Part shown: in pieces, positions 52,922 to 64,000 of the stretch
Position numbering within the stretch: position 1 is the stretch's first letter
How the letters are laid out: each line of letters opens with the position of its first letter
Assembly (NCBI GenBank): GCA_000002445.1
Contig: CM000207.1
Location: forward strand, 1,792,001-1,856,000
Origin: Trypanosoma brucei
Taxonomy: Eukaryota
Length of the DNA: 64,000 bases
Direction: 5' to 3'
Notes under the pieces: model-generated
The model's database searches: none
Told to the model about the DNA's origin: nothing
Seen by the model: the letters and a program-made list of their open reading frames with translations, nothing else
Program-made: the position numbers and the translations under genes

Positions 52922-53943
52922 CATACTTTGCCTCATATTCTCTTCGTCCTTTCCTCTGTTCTATTAACAGAAATCTACGATGTGACATGGAGCGATTGTG
53001 TGATACGAGGGTTGATCGGATGTACACGCGCGTATTTTCATACACAATTTGTCGTGCAACAACCTTGTGGAACAACCGAAGGGGAAAAGGAGAGAGACAA
53101 AAGGTGTCGAAGGGGGAACGGAAAAAATGTGCGTGTGGGCAAGGCGGATGTGCAAAAGGTAGCTGAATAGCGGAAGGGGAGAGGAGGGTTGTGGTTTATT
53201 ATTATACTGGTGCAAAAGTTGGGAGGGAGAAGAGTGACATTGGGGTTCTTTCTTTTTCCTTTTTCAATGCTCTGAAGCACCTTCCGCCTTCTCACTTCGC
53301 CGATGTCGTGCACATCATAAACCCCTTTTGAGTAATTAACTTTTTATTTTGCCGTGGGAAAGTACTGTGTGGCGCTGATTTTTCTTTTACCATTACAATT
53401 TATTATATTATTTTGAAAAAAAAACGCCTGGTGAATTTTCTAACGACATGTTTGTTTAGTTTGTCTTTTTCCAACACTATTTGGAGTACTTTGTTTATGC
53501 CCCTCCAGCATATGCATGTTCTCTGCTACGATTTTTTTCTTCACCGCCACTTTATGTAGCAAACACGTTTCCCTTCACTTTCCTTCCATTTTCTTGTCTA
53601 TTCTTCCCTTTCCTCACTTTCTTTGATGTATGCCATGTGGTTTGTATTTTCTACCCAAGGCACAATATGGGCGGTGATTCTCTTAATTTAAAGCGGCCGA
53701 ATATAAGGCGGCTGGGCCCCTTCGAAAATTCGACGCTCTGTTACTTTCTTTTTTCACGTTACACCTCGGTTAAAATACAAGAAAATAACAGTGACAACAA
53801 CAACTTCCCAGCGTTAAGGTGAGGCAACGAACATTACACATCGATAATCATTTGCTACCTGCAGCGCATTCGCACGGGGCGTTCAATCGTTTTCGCTTTC
53901 CCCTTTAAGTGGTAACCAATAGGGACGATTAGGTGCTAGTTTG

Positions 53944-54936
53944 ATGGATGCAACACTTCACGATAAAAGCACGCGGCAAAACACTGCACCAACCTGTCTA
54001 TCCAAAGCGGAGACAAAACCATCGATTCATGCGGCGGCGGGTCTCCTTGGTGCCTCCATATCAACGGCAATGTTTTATCCACTAGACGCTCTTCGCACGC
54101 AAATGCACGTTTGTAAAGGAGGAGACGTCAACCAACTCTCATCGCTGCGTCAGGTTGTTCGACAAAAGGGGTTGCGAAGATTATACGCAGGTTTCGCTGT
54201 ATCTGTCACCTCCTATGGTATCGGGTGGGGAGCTTACATGGCCGTCTTTAAATCTGTACAGCAGAACCTCTCTGCGTACGTTTCGAGTAATCAAATAGGC
54301 GGAGGCAGTGGAAGCGCTAAAAGCGGCAGTGTGACAGCTGGGTGTAACGTTTTGAGTGGTTGCGCCGCTGCCATAACAACTGGAACTGTTGTTACGCCAC
54401 TTTGTGTTATAAGGACTCGACAGCAACTGTTCGATGGGAGCAATGGCGCCAAACCACAGAACTGCTGGCAGGGATTTAAGGCAATAGTAGAAAACGAGGG
54501 ATGTGGCGCCCTCATGCGGGGCATGATACCCCAGATTCTGATTATGGGAAATACCATCATCCAAATGGCCATTTATGAGGAGCTTCGGCATTACATTGTG
54601 GAACAGAAAATTCAACCCACTTCTTTTGATGTGGCATTGATATCTTCTGTTTCTAAAGCTGTGGCATCAGCTCTGTTCAACCCGATTGAAGTTGTGAGGA
54701 CTCGCTTGCAGGACAAGCGTAATTGCACCTCCCCTGAGTACCGTTCCATGACCGTGGGATTGCGTACCATTTGGCGCACGGAAGGAATTCGTGGCCTTTA
54801 CAGGGGCGTTTGGGTGAATCTTTGCCGTGTCGTTCCGACAACATCGGTGTCTTTTATTTTGTACGAGAAGTTCCTAGCGATACTTTCACATCACAACGCG
54901 CGTAGGGCGGCGTGTCTTCCCTTGGTGGCAGACTGA
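53944..54936 (+). CDS. mitochondrial carrier family (SLC25) transporter
   Basis: The track ORF starts at a TTG at 53941; the ATG is 53944. Three tandem carrier repeats carry the signature P-x-[DE]-x-x-[RK] motifs (YPLDALRTQMH, PLCVIRTRQQ, PIEVVRTRLQ) and six predicted TM helices. Substrate unassigned; a folate, FAD or NAD carrier-like subfamily is plausible. Confidence 0.85.
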   Translation: MDATLHDKSTRQNTAPTCLSKAETKPSIHAAAGLLGASISTAMFYPLDALRTQMHVCKGGDVNQLSSLRQVVRQKGLRRLYAGFAVSVTSYGIGWGAYMAVFKSVQQNLSAYVSSNQIGGGSGSAKSGSVTAGCNVLSGCAAAITTGTVVTPLCVIRTRQQLFDGSNGAKPQNCWQGFKAIVENEGCGALMRGMIPQILIMGNTIIQMAIYEELRHYIVEQKIQPTSFDVALISSVSKAVASALFNPIEVVRTRLQDKRNCTSPEYRSMTVGLRTIWRTEGIRGLYRGVWVNLCRVVPTTSVSFILYEKFLAILSHHNARRAACLPLVAD

Positions 54937-56012
54937 CGGAAGAGTGAACGTTTGCGTGTTTGTATTTGTGTGCTTGTTTGCATGTATGTGTGTAAGAACA
55001 ATACTCCCACTGTAATTGTGCGGGGTTGCCCTGTAATTGAAGGTTTGTGTGTGTGTGTGTGTCTAGTACTTATCTATAATATTGTGAAGACATAAACTGT
55101 AAGTTTATGTGGAGGGGAACAGTTTGTTTTCCACCCTGTTTTGCGGTTGTGCAGGTGCTTCAGTTTTTCGCAATTCAGCATTTTCGAGATCGCGTGTACA
55201 CGTATATACATAAATATGGCAGTGATGCGCACTCAGTTCAGTGCTACAAGTAGGGCTACAGGCGTAAAGTATTGTACTAAAATTACATTTGATAAAACTG
55301 TGTACATGTGCAGTTGCAAGGAAAAAAAAAGGAAGAGTAAGTGCGTCTTCATTAGTTTATCCTAGTTTTTTTGTTTTGTCCTTACTTATCTTTATTTCTT
55401 TCTTTTCTGGAACGTGTTGCCACATTGTGGATTTCTTGAGGGTTCCAGGGAAGACTGATAAGTCGAGTGTATGTTTGCAGAAACGTAAAGCCTACGGGGT
55501 CATCGACACCGTAAAGTGGGAAAGAAAGAAGGCAAGGAGAGATAGTGACTGATCGTACTTAAAGGTTGACAAATCAGAGCGGACGAGGAGTATGCTAATC
55601 GAGACTGGTAATGTTGTGGCGTCAGTTGCGTACCAGATGCTTAACCTGTATTTCTTCACTCCGTGTCGAACCGTTTCTGCGCGCATCCATGCGTATTTGT
55701 AAAGACGTTTTTATTCGCCTCTTTCCTCCCTTTTTTTTTCGAAAACATCAATAGCTCCCTTGGTTCCAGCAGGCTGTGTAGACTTGCATATATACACATC
55801 TAAATAGGTCAATATATACACAATTTACGTATAGGGAGGAAGGGAGGGACGGGAGGGTGATCGGTTAAAACGAAATAGGGGAATTTGTCGACAAAAAAGG
55901 AAATAAACAGGGAGTCGGCAGTGTATTGAACGTGCGTGTTTGTGGTGTGTTTAGGACTGAATTGTAGCCATACGCGCACGTACATATACGCATATATACA
56001 TACATTTCTCCC

Positions 56013-56621
56013 ATGCTCAACAGGGACGGTACCAGGAGCAACCGATCATCTGTGCGGTTAACCAGCGATGAGGGGAAGGTATCCCTTTCTGCATTTAGTT
56101 TTCTCTTCTCGGAGCTGTGCACTCGGGCCCATAGCACACCGACAAAGGCACGGGATATAGAGGAAATTGAACAGCGGTTGACGAGCCTCGGTGCAATTGT
56201 TGGTGCCAAGTTAATGATGTTATCCTCCCTTAAGGATCCTCTTGAGCTGCAGCGGAGACCTACAACAATTGACGAAGCTCTGAAGTTGCTGCAAGAGAAG
56301 TTCTGGACCAGATGGTTTGGCAAGGCAGCGAATGACCTGCAGCAGGAGGGCGAATCGACTCGCTACTTTCTCGTTGACAGTAATCCAATGGTGCTGCAGC
56401 ATGTTTATCCGTCTCCTGAGTATATGGATAGTGAAGGGCAATGGAGCATTAATTACGCTAGTTTTATGGGTGGCATCGTTGAAGGAGCGTTAAGGGCTGT
56501 TGGGTTTGACGCCGATGTGCTCACATATCACCACCCGGAACCCGACAAACCACAACAATCCATTTTTGCCATTTCCTTTGCCCAGCATGTACACGACCGA
56601 GAAAGGAGAATACGTGACTGA
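56013..56621 (+). CDS. TRS31: TRAPP complex Bet3-family subunit, TRAPPC5/Trs31-like
   Basis: 202-aa ORF. KVSLSAFSFLFSELCTRAH and INYASFMGGIVEGALRAVGFDADV align with human TRAPPC5 EVSLSAFALLFSELVQHC and NCASFTAGIVEAVLTHSGFPAKV. Confidence 0.8.
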   Translation: MLNRDGTRSNRSSVRLTSDEGKVSLSAFSFLFSELCTRAHSTPTKARDIEEIEQRLTSLGAIVGAKLMMLSSLKDPLELQRRPTTIDEALKLLQEKFWTRWFGKAANDLQQEGESTRYFLVDSNPMVLQHVYPSPEYMDSEGQWSINYASFMGGIVEGALRAVGFDADVLTYHHPEPDKPQQSIFAISFAQHVHDRERRIRD

Positions 56622-57113
56622 ACAGAAATACAAGAGGCTCTCCTTTCCTTCGCGGTTCTACCGAACGTGTTTAGAGCAGAGCGTAGGCGACTGCGTCGGC
56701 ATACATATGTATGTATATATCACATACGTTGGTTGCGGCCTCTGCACTTCCTTGGCATTCGCATGCAGTTGTCCAAGAGTGCGTTTGTGTGATGCATCTG
56801 CGTGGGTTGCATCGTTTTTTTGTTTTGCTTCACGTGTTTTTTTTACTGCTGCTGCCAGTGATGTCCGTTGTTGTTGCTGTTACCGTTCGTTCGCAGGTGT
56901 TTTTGTTCTTGTGTTTCTGTGTGCTGGTGATATTCTTCTGGTGTCTGCAGCTTTCTATTCTTCAGTTCGATGATATGGTTTGTAATTGCAGTGATGCGCA
57001 TTTGTCTCCCCGCCCCAATTTCTTTTTTTTTTTTTGGTACCGTCCTTTTACAACGATTCTCGCACCGGCAAAACGTGTTTATTCGTTAATATTAGCCCAC
57101 CGAGAGCGGTTGG

Positions 57114-58892
57114 ATGCGCCGCTTTTGTGGGGTTTCCGCGGTTTTGTTTCCTCCATGGCAATGGGTGAGGTTTCAAGGGACTGAAAGCACTGAAGCGTCC
57201 ATACGGCGGCGGGTTCAAGAAGCCATTCAAAAGGCTCGAAAAAGCAACCGCGTCACGTGGGTTCCCATTGCTTGCGTTTCATCATATCTTCCAGATGACG
57301 TCCGCGAGGAACTTGCGTCAGTAGGGGGTCTTGCGGGGTATTGCCGGAATCAACACCAAAAGCAGCAAGGACCACAAATGGGGGAGGGCTCAGGTGGTGC
57401 TCTTTTTGCTGTAAAAGTTGTGGATGGGATGCTTTGTGTGAAGATGACTGACGGCAACATCCGCAAGGGTTCCATGGGAGGACGTTTAGAAAACAGTAAC
57501 TTGGTTGTATCCCAGGAGTTGCTGCATTTTTTGAGGCAACTTCCCGATCAACCGGTAGCAATAGCGGCGTGTCAGCGTGCATGGGGTTTATCTTCCGAGG
57601 AAGCCGTCGAATGTGCCGTATGGAATGCGTTGAAAGAGTTGGAATGTAGTTTGCGGCGTAGGGAGGCCAACTTACCCAGCGTATCTTCCTATGTCCAGAT
57701 TGGTTTTGTGGGGAAGCGACCTGCGTTCATTTCACAGGGTCGCTGCACCATGGCGTTGCTTCGTGAAGAGGATCCTTCTACGGAGAGAGATACATATACG
57801 TGGTTTGATGAAGATTTTTCTCCTCAGTACGACCTTTGGCGCATGTCGCGGTTTCTTTTAACGGAGGATTTCACTAGCATTCAACATGTCGACATACAAA
57901 CTAGAGGTATCATTCAGACGCCGCTGCTGCAGGTAGCCATGACGTACCCTGAGAGGATATCGCTGCAATTGGGATCAACGGTTGACCGCAGCAATGCCGT
58001 TGAGGGTCGTTATTATGTGAATGGTCGATCACATCATGAGGTCGATGAGGTGATTGGATTGAAATTTATTTTATCGGAGGATGAGGTTGCGAAGCACCTG
58101 AAGTTTACCAACAGCCGACTAAGCAACCTCACTGAGGAAGAGCTAAGTGCGGAGCGGGCGAAGTTAAAAAATATTCCGCCTCTTCGAAGGAGTAAATTGC
58201 GTCGGGCTGTTGTTCGTGAGGAGTTCCGACGACGATTTCCCCTCGGTAATGTGTTTTTAAACCCAAATGTTGTGGCGTTTCACGTGTACGATTTGATGAC
58301 ACCGGGTGAGTGGCACAGCAACTCGGTACTGCGTGATACGGTGCTGCCTGACGGTGGTAAGGGTTGCATGCACGTTGGTGTGGATTTCTTTGACCAGTTC
58401 CCACATCTTTTCATTACTCAAGGGGTTTGCACAACCACTGTAAATGTGATGCGGAGGGAGCAGGGAATGGAAGCCATTTTGGGTGATGGAGAAATATGGA
58501 AGCGAACATCGTTCCGCGATGAAGATATTCTTCTTTCTATGCTCCAAAATGTGTCACACAAGTTGGACGAGTGGGCTGAGGGTAAACCGTTGTCGATATT
58601 TGTTTCCCGTCTTCCTCGGCATATGTTTAAGTACCTTCAGAAAAATGGTGGTGCGGCGATTGGGTTGGCGGGAATATTGAAGAAATATCCGGAGGCTTTT
58701 GAGGTTACTCCATGTGAGGGGGGAAATATGGAGTCAGATGTCAACCACTGGTTCGTCCGTCCGTTGCGTGATGGTGTTGAGTCCCTTGGAGTGCGACTCA
58801 TTAGTAAATTACAAACTACTGACGACCCGAAAGATTCATCCAAGGTGGAGGAGGATTTCGATTCTACACCGCAGGAGAGGGGGGGCAACTGA
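57114..58892 (+). CDS. hypothetical protein (592 aa)
   Basis: ATG at 57114 and + strand. Non-repetitive 1.78-kb ORF with typical coding composition and no recognisable motif. Confidence 0.6.
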   Translation: MRRFCGVSAVLFPPWQWVRFQGTESTEASIRRRVQEAIQKARKSNRVTWVPIACVSSYLPDDVREELASVGGLAGYCRNQHQKQQGPQMGEGSGGALFAVKVVDGMLCVKMTDGNIRKGSMGGRLENSNLVVSQELLHFLRQLPDQPVAIAACQRAWGLSSEEAVECAVWNALKELECSLRRREANLPSVSSYVQIGFVGKRPAFISQGRCTMALLREEDPSTERDTYTWFDEDFSPQYDLWRMSRFLLTEDFTSIQHVDIQTRGIIQTPLLQVAMTYPERISLQLGSTVDRSNAVEGRYYVNGRSHHEVDEVIGLKFILSEDEVAKHLKFTNSRLSNLTEEELSAERAKLKNIPPLRRSKLRRAVVREEFRRRFPLGNVFLNPNVVAFHVYDLMTPGEWHSNSVLRDTVLPDGGKGCMHVGVDFFDQFPHLFITQGVCTTTVNVMRREQGMEAILGDGEIWKRTSFRDEDILLSMLQNVSHKLDEWAEGKPLSIFVSRLPRHMFKYLQKNGGAAIGLAGILKKYPEAFEVTPCEGGNMESDVNHWFVRPLRDGVESLGVRLISKLQTTDDPKDSSKVEEDFDSTPQERGGN

Positions 58893-58980
58893 AGTTTTTT
58901 TGGGCTGGGGAACTGTGCATTTTGAGGGTTGAGTAAAACGCTACCGTCCCGATGTTGCGGGAAGCATGTCGTCTCATTCC

Positions 58981-59070
58981 TCTCATTCGCGACTTGGACC
59001 CATTCTTCTTTGTTTTTTGTTTTTCATCTCGTCCTCTTGTTTTTTTTTTGTGTGCTGTCTTTGTTTCCAT
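58981..59070 (+). promoter_or_regulatory. polypyrimidine tract upstream of the LRR gene
   Basis: ctcattcgcgacttggacccattcttctttgttttttgtttttcatctcgtcctcttgttttttttttgtgtgctgtctttgtttcc, about 280 nt upstream of ATG 59346. Confidence 0.45.
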
Positions 59071-59279
59071 GACTGTAGTTGTTTATTTACCTCATGTGTT
59101 TGCGTGTGGACATGGTGGCGATCGTTAGACTCTGAAATCGGATGTGGGAGTAACCTCGAGTCGAGTGCTAACGCATCAGTGAGGCTATCGAAACTCTTTA
59201 CTGTTTCTGTCAATTAGTTTTAGTCCGTAGATGTATTCCTTTTTATTTCAATCATATTTTTCTTGGTCGTCACTTATAA

Positions 59280-60221
<942 letters not shown>

Positions 60222-60606
60222 CACGGAGATCAACCGGCATTCGTAGACAAGAAAAATGTGGTAAGTTTCATTTTTTTTTTGTTTTGTTTTGCCAGATGGT
60301 GAACTGATGGGTCTGCCTAATCCGAATAAAAAAAAGGGGAAATATTACCACAGATAAAATATGTAAAACTGAAAGGCGCAACTCCTCACTTCCTTATGGA
60401 TGGTAGAGAGAAACTCCCTCAATGGTGCAACCAGAGGAGGAGGGAAACCACGGAGGAATGCGGGAGACAAATGGTTTAGAGTACGTGGTGTCAATAACCA
60501 TGCAGTGAAAAGTAGTAATACTGTGGTCCTTGTGCTGTTTAATTTCTACATATATTTATACTCATTTATATGCTGATACACATATATTTGTATTTATACA
60601 TCTGTA

Positions 60607-60703
60607 CATATATATATATATATATCTATCTGTGTATCTTCGCCACTCTTTCCTCCGTTAGTGTTTGCGTATGATTGAGTGAATATATATATATATATAT
60701 ATT
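60607..60703. repeat. two (TA)n microsatellites (about 60607-60626 and about 60683-60703) in the AT-rich 3' flank of the LRR gene
   Basis: The sequence shows tacatatatatatatatatatatc and gaatatatatatatatatatatatttg. Confidence 0.8.
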
Positions 60704-61570
60704 TGTAAAGAAAGATTATCAGATTTGGCGTGTAAAGGCAAATTTCAGTGGTGAGGTGACGGCACACACGATTTCCATACCATCTGCGGGATATTTCTAC
60801 AGCTGTTTAGGCAGGCACACATATAAACCTGCTTAAATGTGTGAAGTGTATTCAGTGATGGGCTAACAATTCTTTCCTTTTTTTATTCTTTTTTTTTGTT
60901 TTTGAAGTAAAAAAAGTTTCCCCCTCCCTTCGATGTCCCCCCTTCCTTTTCTGGCTTTTTTTTCTTCTTTTCTTTTCTTTCCTTCCTTCCATTGTTTAGT
61001 AAACTGAGGTGGTTATTTAATTGATATGAAGAGAAAAAACAAAACAAACAAACAAAATCCGGAGGAGGGAAAGGGATGGAGGGGGAAAATAAAAAGAAAA
61101 AAAAGACGGAGTGAAGGAAAGTCCCACACGCTCACGCCTGAGAACCTGCACAGGTTTATCTGTATTCAATGCTTTTTTATCTTTATCTTTATCTTTATCT
61201 TTTATCTTTTTTTTTTTTGAGGATGAAGGGCTTTTTTTTTCAGTTGTTTTCTTTTTTCCTGTTGGGCGTATATTTGTGTTCGACTCATTTTCTCCCTTTT
61301 TGTTTTTTTTCTTTCTTTCTTTAGAAGCAGAGCGTAAGAGAGATGATTTTTCTTTTTGTTGTTCACAGTGTATGCATGTGTGTTTGTGTTGTTTTTTTTT
61401 TTTTTTGTAGGAACGAAACAACTGGTAAATTATCCAGCAATCTAAACAAAAAGCACAAAAAGTATATGAAATAAACGTCTATATCAATAGAAACGGAGGG
61501 GATATATTTCAAAATAAAAAGAAAAAAAGAAATTGAGGAAAGTTTCGAGAGAGTATGGAGACAAATATTG

Positions 61571-61592
61571 GAAGGAAGGAAGGAAGGAAGGA
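61571..61592. repeat. (GGAA)n tetranucleotide repeat
   Basis: gaaggaaggaaggaaggaagga within the ORF-free tail. Confidence 0.85.
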
Positions 61593-62710
61593 GCACACAC
61601 ACACAAAAAAAAAAATACCATCAAAAAAACAACAAAGAGGTATTCGGAAAAATTAAGAAAAGGAAAAGAAAAAGGAACATGTTTGATTCGTGTCTTATCT
61701 AAAGGGTTTAAGGGGGGGGAAGTAACATGAGGCAAACACAAGAAATTTAATATAATAACATGTAATGACACCATATGAAAAGGACATTTCACAAAAGCAA
61801 CTGCGAGTTGTGGTGTACGGGTGGTAATGACACAAGAGAGAAGTTATGGTGAAAACATATGAGAGAATAATCATATATATATATATATATGTATTCGTGA
61901 AAATATCTCCGATGATGTCTTGCTTTATTCCTCTCACTTACACGCTTACTCATTTCTTCTGCGTATTTCCTTCAGCGTTATTATATCTGTTTTATATTTG
62001 TTCCTTCTGAATTGATAAATGAATCAATGAGTGCTATGGCGCTGTGACACAAAGGAAATTATGGAATAAACCTGACGGAAAGGAAAGGAGGATGGGGGAA
62101 CAAATTGATGGAATTGCGTAACTTACGCAGTGGCGTTGCTGTACGCTTTTTTTTTGAAATTATGTTCGTTATATATATATATATATGTTTTTCCGTTTCT
62201 GCAGCTATGCTAAAAGTTTTTATTATTGTTTTTGTTCTTTACTGTGACGTTCGTTACTATTTTATTCTTCTCTCCTATTCTCACAACTACATGTTCGGTT
62301 TGTTGGTATCATTGTGCGGAAGTTTCTTCTTTTTTTTTTATTTGATGTGTCATCTTCCTTTTTCTGTTTTTTTCTTCGGTCCAATAATTTAGAACTACGG
62401 AGGCGTTTGTTGTAATGCAACGAAATAAAATGAGAAAATAACCGAAGAAAAGAGAGAAAAAAAATGATATATATGTATACACTGGGTGCAAAAGGTTGTA
62501 AATTAGAGTGCTTGCCGCATGAAAGTGTTTGTTTGTTTATATATATTTATTTATATATATACTTTCAAAAAAAAAAAACAATGGATGAGTTTTTATATTC
62601 CAGCCCATGTTTACACACGGGTTTGGGGTGGATGGTGGTATACTTAAGGGAGTTTGATATGCGAGGAATATTCCTGTCGCTAGTTATGAGGACATGTGCG
62701 ATATTTTTCC

Positions 62711-62732
62711 TGTTGTTGTTGTTGTTGTTGTT
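62711..62732. repeat. (TTG)n trinucleotide repeat
   Basis: tgttgttgttgttgttgttgtt. A second (ATT)n/(GTT)n block lies at about 62975-63000. Confidence 0.85.
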
Positions 62733-63755
62733 TTCCCTTCTTTTTTTTTTCATTTGTTCCCTCCATCTCTTCTTCATCTTTTCTTTTCTTTTCTCATTTC
62801 TTTCCTTCTTCTACTTCTTCAACTCTTTCATAATTCTGCTTTTTGATCTGTTTTTCTTTTTTTTTTTGTTTTGGAAAGAGTCCACTGTGCGTGAAGAAAA
62901 AAAAATTCTCCTTTTTGTCGAAATTGCTTCTCTTTTTTCTTTTTCTTTTTTCTTTTTTCATATTTTATTGTTATCATTATTATTATTGTTGTTGTTGTTT
63001 TCATTAATTTACCGTAGTTTCTTTCTATTATTCCTTCCCTCTTGTAGGGTTGGCTGCTTGGTTTGTGTTTTCTTTTATCTTATTTTATTTTTACTTTAAT
63101 TTTCACAAAATAAAACAAAAAGTGAAAAAAGAGGAAAAAAAAAAGAACAGAAAAAAAAACAAAGATAATAGAATCGAGTGCGAGTCAGGGAACACATACA
63201 AAAAAAAATCATGTAGAATGAACAACACGGAGGTTAATTGAAAAAGAAAAATAAATGGAAACGGAAAAAGAAAGAAAACGAATGTTAATGATTGTAAATA
63301 TGATTAAAGGCAGAAACAGATGGAGAAGAGAGGAAAGAAAAGAAATGAGAAAAGAAAAGAAGAAAGAAATGAAGGAAAGAATAGAAGGAAAGAATAAGTG
63401 TATTATGTGTTGGATAAGAGGATTTTTAGAGAAGGAAGATGAAAGGATTAAGTTTTTGTTTTGGTTTGTTTTGTTTTGTATATGTGTGTTAAACAATTGA
63501 ACGGGGAAAGCGAGGGATGTGAGTACGCTGACAAATTGACGAAATTGTTTCTTTTTCTTTTTCTTTTTTTGTTTACCTTTTTTTTTTTGCAGTTTCCTCT
63601 TTGTTGCAACAGTACCCCATCTCCCCAATACATTAGCGTACACAATCTGTCACCCCACAAATGAGGAGATTTGCATTATTTGAAGGGGTTTGCCTTCTCA
63701 TGCTCTTCCCTTTCATTTTGTTTGTTCCTTTCTTTTGCTTGTCTTTTCTTATTAT

Positions 63756-63791
63756 TGTGTGTATGTGTGTATGTGTGTGTGTGTGTGTGTT
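63756..63791. repeat. (GT)n / (GTGTAT)n microsatellite
   Basis: gtgtgtatgtgtgtatgtgtgtgtgtgtgtgtgt near the end of the window. Confidence 0.85.
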
Positions 63792-64000
63792 TTGTTTGCT
63801 TCCGTCCCGTCTGTTGGTTTCTGCATTTTTGCGGTATATAAATATATAAGTAAATATATCTAAAAATATACGTGATGTTGGTGATGGTGATGGTAGTGAT
63901 AATGACTCTTGTTTTCATGCACGTGCGCATGCCTGTGTATATGTTTGCCTGAGCGCACTGAAGAAAAAAATAAGGAAGGGTGAAACTACAAGAAAAAAAA

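Noticed and set aside
62464-63099. ORFs of 130-210 aa in the 60-64 kb tail (62464..63099 +, 61017..61421 -, 63209..63643 -).
   Set aside because: Their translations are poly-Leu/Phe or poly-Lys/Glu strings produced by T-rich or A-rich homopolymer DNA. They are not credible proteins.
60222-64000. A possible retroposon (ingi, RIME, SLACS or SIDER-like) in the A-rich ORF-free tail.
   Set aside because: There is no reverse-transcriptase or endonuclease ORF, no recognisable target-site duplication, and no terminal structure. Poly(A) runs alone are insufficient. The region is left as unexplained simple-repeat DNA.

Overview
This window reads as a nuclear chromosome segment from a kinetoplastid, most likely the Trypanosoma brucei group, and not as a prokaryotic or phage sequence. 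There are 23 well-supported protein-coding genes plus one weak small-ORF candidate, all on the + strand, and no minus-strand ORF is convincing. Every CDS is intron-less, and the AT-rich gaps between genes (roughly 0.3-2.5 kb) carry long polypyrimidine tracts and (TA)n or (GT)n microsatellites. That is the signature of a single polycistronic transcription unit processed by trans-splicing and polyadenylation.

The ORF track uses bacterial-style TTG/GTG starts. I moved those to the first in-frame ATG, keeping the track's reading frame.

Recognisable products are:
- a KH-domain PNO1/Dim2 homolog;
- cohesin SMC1;
- a FYVE zinc-finger protein;
- a FabD-like malonyl-CoA:ACP acyltransferase with an unusual C-terminal extension;
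- a class-I heme-peroxidase-like protein with the proximal histidine substituted;
- XPC/Rad4;
- a CDC50/LEM3 flippase beta-subunit;
- a poxvirus VP39-like mRNA cap 2'-O-methyltransferase;
- a 2086-aa alpha-helical protein of unknown function;
- a bacterial-type RsmI-like methyltransferase with a mitochondrial-looking presequence;
- 6-phosphogluconate dehydrogenase;
- a mitochondrial carrier;
- TRAPPC5/Trs31;
- a leucine-rich-repeat protein.

Several further ORFs have no assignable family. The last about 3.8 kb (60.2-64 kb) has no ORFs and is saturated with homopolymer tracts and simple repeats.

I found no CRISPR array, no prokaryotic defence or secretion system, no rRNA or tRNA gene, and no intact retroelement. 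Overall this is a housekeeping segment. The items worth a second look are the peroxidase-like pseudo-enzyme, the RsmI-like putative mitochondrial methylase, the atypical FabD, a possible unannotated small ORF, and the ORF-free repeat-rich tail. Nothing here supports a novel multi-gene system.
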